From Trueperaceae bacterium (GTDB taxonomy: Bacteria > Deinococcota > Deinococci > Deinococcales > Trueperaceae), in NCBI GenBank assembly GCA_965213925.1, contig OZ243927.1, forward strand, positions 640,001 through 704,000: 64,000 nucleotides of DNA, read 5' to 3'. Made by a program: the position numbers and the translations under genes. Below, piece after piece: positions 1 to 9,677 of the stretch. Numbering within the stretch: position 1 is the stretch's first letter; every line of letters starts with the position of its first letter. The notes under the pieces are model-generated. The model was not told the origin of the DNA. It did not search any database and saw nothing but the letters and a program-made list of their open reading frames with translations.

Positions 1-914
1 GGACCTTCGAAATCTTCAGGCGTAAAGGGGTTCACCGAAGGCATGACCGGGGCTTGGCTTAAAGACTGAATATTCTCAGCGGCAACAGGCATGGCGCGGT
101 GCTGGTACGAGCCGACACCGTAGGTGTCGTAAAACTGCTTGAAATACATGCTGCTGTCTTGGTGGCGCAAAATGGGCTGGGCGGTCTCGTCGTCCTTGAA
201 GTGGCTCAGCGCTTCGAGCGGTTTGGTGTACGCCATCTGGTGCTCTAAGGGCTGTAGCGGCAGCGTAAGCCCCACCATCTTGCCGATCTTCGGTCCCCAG
301 ATGCCCGCGCAGCAGACGACAACATCAGCCTCGAAGCGTCCTTTGCTCGTGACGACAGCTTGCACGCGCCCGTCACTGACCTCTATATCTAAAACTTCTG
401 CGTTTCCGTGAAAGACCGCGCCACGCTCTTGCGCTTTTTGTCCCAACGCTGCGCCGATGCGCACCGCCTTGCCAATGCCATCGCTCGGAACGAAATAGCC
501 GCCGTAAATTTTCCCTTGGTCGAGTTGCGGAATCATTTCGGCGCATTCTTCGGGCGAGAGAAGTTTTGCGCCCTCTAACCCATACGACGCGGCGAAGCCT
601 AGCTTTCTTTTAAGTTCTTGTAAGCGTTCGGGTGTATACGCCACCTCGACGCTGCCGGTCTCGATGTAGCACGGTCCGTCCTCATGCGTCAGCGAGCTGT
701 ACTTTTCCACCGAGCGCATCGCCAGTTTCGTCATCGAGCGCGAGCTGTTGGTTTGAAACATCAGCCCGGGCGCGTGCGAGCTGCTGCCGCCCGTTTCGAA
801 GAGCGGACCCTTCTCGGTAACCGTAACATCGGTTGCGCCGAGCTTCATTAGGTGTTCCGTAAGCACACAGCCCACGATACCTGCGCCGATAACGACGATC
901 TTCCCCCGACTCAT
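1..914 (-). CDS. FAD-dependent oxidoreductase, GcvT/dimethylglycine oxidase-like (5' part; runs off the window)
   Basis: Manual minus-strand translation from ATG at 914: MSRGKIVVIGAGIVG (GxGxxG)...GGSSSHAPGLMFQT, typical of the DMGO/sarcosine dehydrogenase family. Confidence 0.8.
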   Translation of the reverse strand, partial: MSRGKIVVIGAGIVGCVLTEHLMKLGATDVTVTEKGPLFETGGSSSHAPGLMFQTNSSRSMTKLAMRSVEKYSSLTHEDGPCYIETGSVEVAYTPERLQELKRKLGFAASYGLEGAKLLSPEECAEMIPQLDQGKIYGGYFVPSDGIGKAVRIGAALGQKAQERGAVFHGNAEVLDIEVSDGRVQAVVTSKGRFEADVVVCCAGIWGPKIGKMVGLTLPLQPLEHQMAYTKPLEALSHFKDDETAQPILRHQDSSMYFKQFYDTYGVGSYQHRAMPVAAENIQSLSQAPVMPSVNPFTPEDFEG

Positions 915-1320
915 GCTCTGCTCGTAACCGTCTGACCCATGCTTGCGCTCCTAACTACGGTACTCACACCTAATGTACAACTGGTTTACATTCAACAGAA
1001 CGCTCGAGGTTTGTTGCAAATAAAACAACAAGAGGATAAATGGCGCAACAACGAGTTGGATAATTGTACATAGTGAGTAGAGTGAGGTCAAGAAGGAGCG
1101 AGCCTATCGGAGCCAAATCCGCCGAGCTTGAGCGCCTCAGCCTTCTGTAGCGCAGCCACCCTAAGTGCGACACGTCAGAAAGTCTGCTTTAGGACGCTCG
1201 CAGCGACTATTCCCGCAGAAACACTGTGTCACAACTGTTCCCTACAACATTACAAACGTGATTTTTGTTACAGTAAACTCGAGCTTGACGTGAACTACAA
1301 CTCCATCTTTGGGGGCTTTT

Positions 1321-2166
1321 ATGAAGTGGGAAAATAGAGGCAGAAGTCGCAATTTAGAGAACCGTCGGAGCGGCAAAAGTGTAGGTATTCCTCTCGGCAT
1401 CGGCGGAACGCTAGTCTTGCTCGTGCTCAGCTTGCTCTTAGGCGTAGACCTCTTCAGCGTGTTGGGGATCACCTCGCCGCAAGCAGGCATGTCGAGCCGT
1501 CCTCCTTTGGAATCCAACCCCGCCGAGGAGGAACTCACCGACTTCATGTCGTTCTTGATTGACGACACCCAAGAGGTGTGGAGCGCTATGTTCGAGGAGA
1601 GCGGGATCACCTATAGAGAGGCGACGCTCGTCCTCTTCCGTGACAGGGTGGAGTCGGCATGTGGGGTTGCGCCCTCGTCGGTCGGACCGTTTTACTGCCC
1701 GCTCGACAGCACTATCTACCTCGACTTCGCCTTCTATGACACCTTGCGTGGACGTTACGGCGCACCGGGCGACTTCGCGCAGGCGTACGTGGTAGCGCAC
1801 GAGGTCGGGCACCACATCCAAAACCTGCTCGGCACGGCGTCCGAGGTGCGTCAAGCGCAGCAGGCGCGTCCGGGTGAAGCGAACGCACTCTCCGTCGCTT
1901 TAGAACTCCAAGCGGACTGCTACGCAGGCATCTACGGCGCGAGCGCACAGGCGCGCGGGCTTTTAGAGCGCGGTGACTTGGAGGAAGGGCTCCGCGCGGC
2001 GGCGGCCGTGGGCGACGACCGTCTGCAGCGTCAAAGGGTGGGGCGCGTCAACACCGAGACCTTCACGCACGGCAGCTCGGAGCAGCGCATGAGCTAGTTT
2101 GCTCGCGGCTTCGAGACGGGCGACCCGAACGCCTGCAACACCTTCAGTCGTGCGTCACTGCCCTAG
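1321..2166 (+). pseudogene. YpfJ-like neutral zinc metallopeptidase with an internal TAG near the C-terminus
   Basis: GPFYCP, AHEVGHH, ELQADC and HGSSEQR motifs. TAG at 2095-2097 sits where Trp is expected and the frame continues FARGFETGDPNACNTF to TAG 2164-2166. Confidence 0.75.
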
Positions 2167-2570
2167 GTGTTTTCCGGTGTGGATAGCTCCGAGGTTTACA
2201 AGAAGCGTTTAATAGCAGTTTCACTTATCCTTGCTTGAGTGCAACTATGCAAAGTAACGCTTCTCCGCAGATTTCACAGCTTTGCTGTAACGGAACATCA
2301 CTTAAAGTGCGTGTTAGACGACGATCTTTCTAGTGAGAGTATAACTGACCAGATGAAAGTGCAGTCGCGTGGCGCGCAGTCGCGAAGCTCCCACTGGCCC
2401 GCTAGCTGCTTTAGCGGGTATACCTGCTATAAGAATCTGGCAATGAGTTACGTTGTGGACGTGCATTTTGCGCTACGCTAGAGCGTAGATATTCAAAAAT
2501 CGACTGCTGAGAATATAAAACTTGACGAGACCTCAAAAGAGAAGAATGGTTCAAGGAAAGAGGGTGGAGG

Positions 2571-4523
2571 ATGGCGCAGAACGTCACACAAAAACTCATC
2601 GAAAGTCACCTCGTAGACGGGGAGATGACCGCGGGCAAGGAGATCGGTCTCAAGATGGACCAGACCCTGACCCAAGACGCGACGGGCACGCTGGTGATGC
2701 TCGAGTTCGAAGCTCTAGGTCTCCCCAGGGTCAAGACCGAACTCTCCGCACAGTACGTGGACCATAACCTCATCCAAGCCGACCACAAGAACCCCGACGA
2801 CCACCTCTTCTTGCAGAGCGCCTGCGAGAAGTTCGGCGTTTACTTCTCGCGCCCCGGTAACGGCATCTCGCACGCCGTTCACATGGAGCGCTTTGGCATC
2901 CCCGGCAAAACGCTCGTCGGCTCGGATTCGCACACGCCCGCCGCGGGCTCGATGGGCATGTTGGCCATCGGTGCGGGCGGCTTAGAGGTCTGCCTGGCGA
3001 TGGCGGGCGAGCCTCTATACATCAAAATGCCGAAAGTTTTAGGTGTGAAGCTCACGGGCGAACTGCAAGACTGGGTGAGCGCGAAAGACGTCGTTTTGGA
3101 GATGCTGCGCCGCTTCGACGTGGACGGCGCGAAGGGCTACGTCATCGAGTACTTCGGTCCCGGACTGGACAACCTCTCGGCGATGGACCGCCACGTGATC
3201 GCGAATATGGGTACGGAGATGGGCGCGACCAGCACGGTCTTCCCGTCCGACGGCGAGGTCAAGCGCTTTCTCAAATCGCAAGGACGCGAGGACGACTGGA
3301 CGGAGCTTGTCGCGGACGAGGGCGCAGAGTACGACAAGGTCGACGAGTTGGACCTCTCCACGGTCGAGCCGATGATCGCGCTGCCGAGTTCTCCGGGCAA
3401 CGTCGTGCCGGTGAGCGAAGTCGCGGGCAAGAAGATTTACCAAGCCTACATCGGCTCGTCGGCGAACCCCGGTATGCGCGACTTCGCGGTGCCCGCGATG
3501 ATGGTCGAAGATAAGCAAGTTCATACGGACGTGTCCTTCGACATCAACCCCAGCTCGAGGCAAATCCTAGAGAACTTGACCGAAGACGGGCACTTAGCCT
3601 CGCTGATTCGCAGCGGCGGACGCCTCCACCAAGCGGGCTGTAACGGCTGCATCGGCATGGGGCAAGCGCCCGCGACGGGGCGCATCAGCTTGCGCACCGT
3701 GCCGCGCAACTTTCCGGGACGGAGCGGCACCGAAGAGGACGCCGTTTACCTCTGCAGCCCTGAAACGGCGACCGCCTCGGCGCTTACGGGCGTCATCACC
3801 GACCCGCGCACCTTGGATATGCCCTATCCGCAGTACAAAGAGCCCGACGACATCACCATCAACGCCCGCATGATCCACGAGCCGCCCCAAGACGGCGAAG
3901 ACGTCGAGATCATCAAGGGGCCGAACGTCCAGGACTTACCGCCTTTCGAGCCGCTGCCCGACACGTTAGAACTGCCCGTCTTGCTCAAAGTCGGCGACGA
4001 CGTCTCCACGGACGAGATCATGCCCGCCGGCTCGAACGTGCTGCCGTACCGCTCTAACGTTCCCGAAATTAGCAAGTTCGTCTACTACCAGGTGGACAAC
4101 ACCTATACGGACCGCGCGTTAGAGGCGAAAGAGGAGGGCGGCTCGATGATTGTGGGCGGCGACAACTACGGGCAGGGCTCGAGCCGCGAACACGCCGCGA
4201 TCGCCCCGCGCTACTTGGGCGTCAAGGCGGTGCTTGCCAAGAGCTTCGCCCGCATCCACTGGCAAAACCTCAACAACTTCGGCATCTTGCCCCTGACGTT
4301 TGCCGACCCCGATGATTTTGAGCGGATCGAGCAGGGCGACGTGCTTAAACTCGAGGGGGTCCGCGACGCCCTCGAAGGCAGCGCGACCGTCTCCGTCGTC
4401 AACGAGGCCAAAGGGGAGAGCTACAAAGCGGAGCACGAGATGAGCGAGCGCCAGGTGGACATGATTCTGGCTGGGAGCCTCATCAACCAAGTGCGCGAGC
4501 GTCTAGGTGCAGCGGGGCAATAA
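2571..4523 (+). CDS. aconitate hydratase (fused large/small-domain aconitase family)
   Basis: DHN, GSDSHT, CNGCIG, RNFPGR and NYGQGSSREHAA motifs; GGAGG RBS. Confidence 0.9.
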   Translation: MAQNVTQKLIESHLVDGEMTAGKEIGLKMDQTLTQDATGTLVMLEFEALGLPRVKTELSAQYVDHNLIQADHKNPDDHLFLQSACEKFGVYFSRPGNGISHAVHMERFGIPGKTLVGSDSHTPAAGSMGMLAIGAGGLEVCLAMAGEPLYIKMPKVLGVKLTGELQDWVSAKDVVLEMLRRFDVDGAKGYVIEYFGPGLDNLSAMDRHVIANMGTEMGATSTVFPSDGEVKRFLKSQGREDDWTELVADEGAEYDKVDELDLSTVEPMIALPSSPGNVVPVSEVAGKKIYQAYIGSSANPGMRDFAVPAMMVEDKQVHTDVSFDINPSSRQILENLTEDGHLASLIRSGGRLHQAGCNGCIGMGQAPATGRISLRTVPRNFPGRSGTEEDAVYLCSPETATASALTGVITDPRTLDMPYPQYKEPDDITINARMIHEPPQDGEDVEIIKGPNVQDLPPFEPLPDTLELPVLLKVGDDVSTDEIMPAGSNVLPYRSNVPEISKFVYYQVDNTYTDRALEAKEEGGSMIVGGDNYGQGSSREHAAIAPRYLGVKAVLAKSFARIHWQNLNNFGILPLTFADPDDFERIEQGDVLKLEGVRDALEGSATVSVVNEAKGESYKAEHEMSERQVDMILAGSLINQVRERLGAAGQ

Positions 4524-4537
4524 GAGACAGACAACCG

Positions 4538-4568
4538 AGCAGAGACCTCTTTTGCAGAGGTCTCTGCT
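4538..4568 (+). terminator. 13-bp hairpin after aconitase
   Basis: AGCAGAGACCTCT-tttgc-AGAGGTCTCTGCT. Confidence 0.6.
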
Positions 4569-4680
4569 AGTACTGCGCCCTACTTATGGTGTTCGAGCCT
4601 CTTACGGGTAGGCGCTGGGCGAAGGCCTATAGCCAAAAGGCACTATCAAGTTCGTAAAACTTAGTTGACGGTGTACTGAC

Positions 4681-4868
4681 TCCAGCGTCAAGTAAAAAAT
4701 GAGTCATGTCATTCTGAGCGGAGCGCCAGCCCTACGGTAAACCATAGGATAGACTCCGAGAAAGAATCCCTGACCTTGCTGACTCCTCTGACAGAGAACG
4801 AAAGACGAGACCCTTCACGCCTTCGGCTCAGGGTGACAACAATGGCGCAGAATTTACTTAACGGTGTA
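4681..4868. repeat. REP/MITE-like element family 1, copy A
   Basis: Core TGTCATTCTGAG...CTCAGGGTGACA (4707-4838); near-identical inverted copy at 9455-9620. Confidence 0.8.
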
Positions 4869-4978
4869 GTAAGTTAGAATCTTTGTATTGGCTCGAGCAT
4901 GAAAGTATGTTCTGAACGCTTCTCTCTAAATACCGCGATTTTTAGTACAATAGGGTATCTTGTAGTTAAGGAGCGTTC

Positions 4979-6175
4979 GTGCCTTCATTCGATTTCGGCA
5001 CTCAAATTTTTGCAACGCTGCGTTTCGCTGACCTTATCGATATGGCCCTTGTCGCCGTGCTTCTCTTCGGGCTGCTCAACTGGCTGCGGCAGAGCACCTC
5101 ACCGACCGCCTCGCGGCGTTTAGCGCTGACGCTGCTCATCTTCGGCGTTATCTACCTCTTGGCGAACACCTTCGAGCTTTTTTTGGTCGAGCGTTTCTTG
5201 AGCGTGCTCTTTCTCGCCTCGTTGGTCGCTGTCGTGGTCATTTTTCAGGCGGAAATCCGCCGCATGTTCACGCACCTCAGCACCTTTAATCCCTTCGCTT
5301 CGTCGGTCGACCTAGACGAGACCACCCTCGACCAGCTCGCCGAAGCCTCCATCTATCTGGCTGAGGCTAAAGTGGGCGCGCTCATCGCCCTTAGAGGCGA
5401 AGAGGCGTGGGATGACCTCGTGCAAGGGGGCGTGCCCCTAAACGGTTTGGTCAGTCAGCCGCTGCTCTATAGCCTCTTCAACCCAGATACCTCCGGACAC
5501 GACGGGGCTGTGCTTATAGAAGGAAGGCGTGTAACTCGTTTCGCGGCGCACCTGCCCCTCGCCACAGAGCTTCCCGAGGAGAGTCGCTACGGCGGTACTC
5601 GTCACGCGGCGGCACTCGGGCTGAGCGAACACTGCGACGCGCTCGTCATCGTAGTATCCGAAGAGCGCGGCGTCGTCAGCGTCGCCCAAGGGAGCGCGCT
5701 CGACGAACTCCGCTCAGCGGGCGACCTTAAAGCGTACCTGCAGGAGTTTTGGCAGCGGCATCACGCGCACTCGAAGCGCCAGCCGCGCCGCTGGATTCCT
5801 CACCTGCCGACGGCGTCGCTCTCGCTCGTCTTCGCCTGCTTGCTCTGGCTGCTCTTCGCCTACAGCCCCGAGACGGTCTCCCGGATCGTCAACGTCCCCG
5901 TCGAGTTGCGCAACTTGCCCGACGACTGGGAGCTTGTCGGTATCTCACCCAGGTCGGTCCAGGTGACGTTAGCAGGTTCCGAACAAGCGTTTTCACAACT
6001 TGACGGGAACGCGCTCTCCGTCTCGTTCGACCTCTCGAACCCGCAGAGAGGACCGCAGAAGCTCGTGATCCGTGAGGACCAGCTCAAGCTGCCCTCGAGC
6101 TTACGCCTCAACAACCTCGAGCCCGAGCAAGTGCAAGTCACCGCCCGGCCGCTCGCGGCGACCGAGCGACCCTGA
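4979..6175 (+). CDS. CdaA-type diadenylate cyclase fused to a C-terminal TM helix and YbbR-like domain
   Basis: 3 N-terminal TM helices, HDGAV and GTRHAAA DAC motifs, VVSEERG, then TM plus VPVELRNLP...V.VTL.G YbbR-like segment. Confidence 0.85.
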   Translation: MPSFDFGTQIFATLRFADLIDMALVAVLLFGLLNWLRQSTSPTASRRLALTLLIFGVIYLLANTFELFLVERFLSVLFLASLVAVVVIFQAEIRRMFTHLSTFNPFASSVDLDETTLDQLAEASIYLAEAKVGALIALRGEEAWDDLVQGGVPLNGLVSQPLLYSLFNPDTSGHDGAVLIEGRRVTRFAAHLPLATELPEESRYGGTRHAAALGLSEHCDALVIVVSEERGVVSVAQGSALDELRSAGDLKAYLQEFWQRHHAHSKRQPRRWIPHLPTASLSLVFACLLWLLFAYSPETVSRIVNVPVELRNLPDDWELVGISPRSVQVTLAGSEQAFSQLDGNALSVSFDLSNPQRGPQKLVIREDQLKLPSSLRLNNLEPEQVQVTARPLAATERP

Positions 6176-6384
6176 AAAAGCTTCGGTGGCAGGTATCGTT
6201 GTGTTTAAGTCAGCCTCACTTTTAGGAATATCATCCAGTGCGTCCGGTGGTGATACTTGCGCGGTATAAGCTCGACTTCGAAAAGCTTTTAGTCGTAGAG
6301 AACCTACGAACCCGTATCTTTTCTCGAGACTGTAAGGTAAGAGGTCAAGAAAACGCGCCTCAAACGGTACACTAAGGTCTGTTT

Positions 6385-9300
6385 TTGGCGCTTCGCAAGC
6401 CTACTCACGAAACGGTTATCACCTTGTTACAAACTGCGAAAGAAACTCAATCCAAACGTCTTTTAGGTCTACCTGCGGTCGCCCGGCTCGCCCTCTTCGC
6501 CCGTACCGAGGGGCCCGCGGTGCTCATCACCACAGCGGAAAGACTTCCTCTTTTTCGCGACACGGGTCTCTTTGGTACGCTTAGCAGCACCAATCCTGAC
6601 TTAACCGACTGGCAGGACAAGCGCGAGAAGGTCGCCCTGGATTTAGAGACGGCGCTACGCCCCTTTCCGAACGACCCTGAACAGTACGCCCTCACTTTAG
6701 AGGTCGGCAGGGAGTATCCCCGAGATGACCTCTTGGAACAGCTCGTCTCGTTCGGCTATGAGCGCGACGGGATGCCCGGCGTGGTCGTGCGCGGCGACAC
6801 GCTTTCGGTTTACCTAGACGAAGAGGACGAGGAGAGGGTCTTGCGGCTCGAGTTCTTCGGCGACGAGTTGGACACGGTGCAAGTCGCAGGAGAAACGGTA
6901 GAACGCTACGTTTTAGCCCCTTTAGAAAGTGCGGAGATTGACGAAGAGGCGTGGTCATCGACCCTCTTAGAACAACTTGGCGGAACGGTCTATCTCGATT
7001 CGTCGGAGCTTTTTGCGGGCGAGCTTGATGACGCGGGGAGAATGGAAACGTTCTGGCAGTACTTGGAGACTCGAGAGATCATCTCCTTCGGACGCGACCC
7101 CTTAGAGATATCGGACGAAAAGAGCGACCTGGAGCCTTTAGGCTACTACCGGGGCAAGCTCTCCGACTTCGCAAACGATGTAGAGGGTTGGTTGGGGGGC
7201 GGTTACAGCGTTACGCTGCTTTTGAAGTTCGAACGTACCGGACGCTATTTGAAGGAAAAGGTGTTGGGGGAAAGCCAGTCCAAGTGGACTCAGCGCGTCG
7301 AGAAGCATCCCGGCGTGCTCGGGCTCGCGGTTGGCTCGGATATCGACGCAGCTTCACGCGGCGGCTACCGCGACCCGCAAGCCAAAGAGGTCATCCTCAC
7401 TGAAGACCTCTTATATGGCTACCAGGGCACGCGCAAACACAGCAAATTACCGGGGCGCAAAGTCCACGACGCCGTGCAACTCGCTGTCGGCGACTACCTC
7501 ATCCACCCCGACCACGGCATCGGGCGCTTTATGGGTTTAGAGCCGCGTCAGGTGGTGGGCGTGACTCGCGATTACCTCATCTTGCGCTACGCAGGTGAGG
7601 GCAAGCTCTATCTGCCCGTGGAGCAACTGCCAATGTTGCGCCGTCACCCCGGCACAACGGACGACCCGCCCCGGCTCTCGACCCTCGGCACGAACGAGTG
7701 GGCGCGGGCACGGGAAAAAGCGAGGGTCAATGCGCAGGTCTTGGCGCAGAAGCTCATCCGCACTTACGCCGAGCGGCAGGTTTCGAAGGGTGTCTCCCTC
7801 GGCGAAGTGCCCGATTGGGACCCCCTCATCGAGGAGAACTGCCCCTTCACCCTCACCAATGACCAGCGTAAAGCCGTCAGTTTGACGCTCCGCGACATGG
7901 CGAAAGAGACGCCGATGGACCGGCTCATCTCGGGCGACGTGGGTTTCGGCAAGACGGAAGTGGCGATTCGCGCCGCGCACCGAGCGGTGGGCAACGGCAC
8001 ACAGGTGGTCATGCTCGTACCGACGACGGTCTTGGCGCAGCAGCATTACGAGACCTTTAAGGAGCGCTTCGAAGGGTTGCCTGTGACGGTAGAGGGCTTA
8101 TCCAGATTCTCTTCCGATAAAGAAGCGCGCGCCATCCTCAAAGGGCTCAAAGAGGGCACGGTGGACATCGTCGTCGGTACGCATCGCCTCTTGTCCGACA
8201 ATGTGAAGTTCAAAAACGTCGGGCTCCTCATTATCGACGAGGAGCACCGCTTCGGCGTGAGCCAGAAGGAGAAGATGAAGGCGTTCAAGGCGAACTTGGA
8301 CATCTTGTCGCTCTCCGCGACGCCGATTCCCAGAACGCTCTACATGAGCTTGGTCGGACTGCGCGACGTGTCGCAAATTATGACGCCGCCCGCTGGACGT
8401 AAGCCGATTCAGACCGTGCTGCAACCCTATGACCGGCAAGTCGTACGCGACGCGCTGATGTTCGAACTCGAGCGCGGCGGTAAGGTCTTCTATATTCACG
8501 ACCGCATCGGCTCGATGGGCTCGAGAGCCATGTACCTCCAGAGCCTCGTCCCCGAAGCCCGCATCGGCGTGGCGCATGGGCGCATGGGCGGCGATGAACT
8601 AGAAGAGATCATGCTCCGCTTCGAAGAGGGCGCGTTCGATGTTCTCCTCAGCACCACCATCGTCGAGTCCGGCTTGGACATCGCAGGGGCGAACACCCTC
8701 ATCATCGAACGCGCGGACCGCCTCGGCTTGGCGCAGCTCTACCAGCTTCGCGGACGGGTCGGGCGGCGCAGCACCGAAGCGTGGGCGTACCTCCTCTACC
8801 CCGGGCGCCTAACGGAGCAGGCCCAGCGCAGACTCTACGCGATGGCGGAACTCAACGACTTGGGCTCAGGACACCTCTTAGCCGAAAAAGACATGGAGAT
8901 TCGCGGCATCGGCAACCTCTTGGGACCGGAGCAGCACGGGCACATCAGCGCGGTTTCTTTAGAGGTCTATACCGAGATGCTGGCTGAAGAGATCGCGAAG
9001 CTCAAAGGTGAGCAGACCGAAGCGCGTAAACCCGTCTCGATTGATTTAGGCTTGGACGCGCGGCTCAGCCCGTCGTACATCGTGGACGACGACGAGCGCA
9101 TCGGCTTTTACGGACGCTTATCTGAAACGGACAGCTTAGCGGAAATAGGACGCATTCAGCGCGAGATGCGGGAGCGCTACGGACCCATGCCCGAAGAGGT
9201 CAAGACCTTCACCGACATCGTCAAGGTGCGCCTTTTAGCGTCGCAAAAAGGTGTCGCCACCATCACCGAGCACATGACCGACGTGCAGCTCTCCTTTGAA

Positions 9301-9453
9301 CAAGAGTCGATTGACTATGACTCAAAAGCATTAAAGGCGCTACCTTATAGCGTGGAGCCGACGCGCTACCCGCCGGGGTTCAGCATCAAGAAGCGGGGGC
9401 TTAAAGGTAAAGGTCTCGAAGCAATCAGCGACGTACTTTACCTCTGCGGCTAA
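6385..9453 (+). CDS. mfd: transcription-repair coupling factor
   Basis: CarD-like [39 protein letters not shown] motif. Confidence 0.95.
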   Translation: MALRKPTHETVITLLQTAKETQSKRLLGLPAVARLALFARTEGPAVLITTAERLPLFRDTGLFGTLSSTNPDLTDWQDKREKVALDLETALRPFPNDPEQYALTLEVGREYPRDDLLEQLVSFGYERDGMPGVVVRGDTLSVYLDEEDEERVLRLEFFGDELDTVQVAGETVERYVLAPLESAEIDEEAWSSTLLEQLGGTVYLDSSELFAGELDDAGRMETFWQYLETREIISFGRDPLEISDEKSDLEPLGYYRGKLSDFANDVEGWLGGGYSVTLLLKFERTGRYLKEKVLGESQSKWTQRVEKHPGVLGLAVGSDIDAASRGGYRDPQAKEVILTEDLLYGYQGTRKHSKLPGRKVHDAVQLAVGDYLIHPDHGIGRFMGLEPRQVVGVTRDYLILRYAGEGKLYLPVEQLPMLRRHPGTTDDPPRLSTLGTNEWARAREKARVNAQVLAQKLIRTYAERQVSKGVSLGEVPDWDPLIEENCPFTLTNDQRKAVSLTLRDMAKETPMDRLISGDVGFGKTEVAIRAAHRAVGNGTQVVMLVPTTVLAQQHYETFKERFEGLPVTVEGLSRFSSDKEARAILKGLKEGTVDIVVGTHRLLSDNVKFKNVGLLIIDEEHRFGVSQKEKMKAFKANLDILSLSATPIPRTLYMSLVGLRDVSQIMTPPAGRKPIQTVLQPYDRQVVRDALMFELERGGKVFYIHDRIGSMGSRAMYLQSLVPEARIGVAHGRMGGDELEEIMLRFEEGAFDVLLSTTIVESGLDIAGANTLIIERADRLGLAQLYQLRGRVGRRSTEAWAYLLYPGRLTEQAQRRLYAMAELNDLGSGHLLAEKDMEIRGIGNLLGPEQHGHISAVSLEVYTEMLAEEIAKLKGEQTEARKPVSIDLGLDARLSPSYIVDDDERIGFYGRLSETDSLAEIGRIQREMRERYGPMPEEVKTFTDIVKVRLLASQKGVATITEHMTDVQLSFEQESIDYDSKALKALPYSVEPTRYPPGFSIKKRGLKGKGLEAISDVLYLCG

Positions 9454-9454
9454 G

Positions 9455-9620
9455 TACACTGTAAACTAAGTATTGACACCTTCGCTGATGTCACCCTGAG
9501 CCGAAGGCGTAAGGGTCTCGCCTTTCGTTCTCTGTCAGAGGAGTCAGCAAGGGCAGAGATTCTTTCACTCCGCTGCGCTCTGTTCAGAATGACATCACTC
9601 ATCTTTTAATTAACGCTCTA
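9455..9620. repeat. REP/MITE-like element family 1, copy B (inverted relative to A)
   Basis: TGTCACCCTGAG...TTCAGAATGACA core at 9489-9594. Confidence 0.8.
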
Positions 9621-9677
9621 CTTAGTTAGCATAGTAGGTGAGGTTGCGTAGTTTCACGCAACCTCGCTACTCTGCAC

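Noticed and set aside
2095..2097. Genome-wide amber recoding (pyrrolysine or alternative code)
   Set aside because: TAG terminates many intact genes here (e.g. parB, mdh, hppA) and no pyl genes are in the window.
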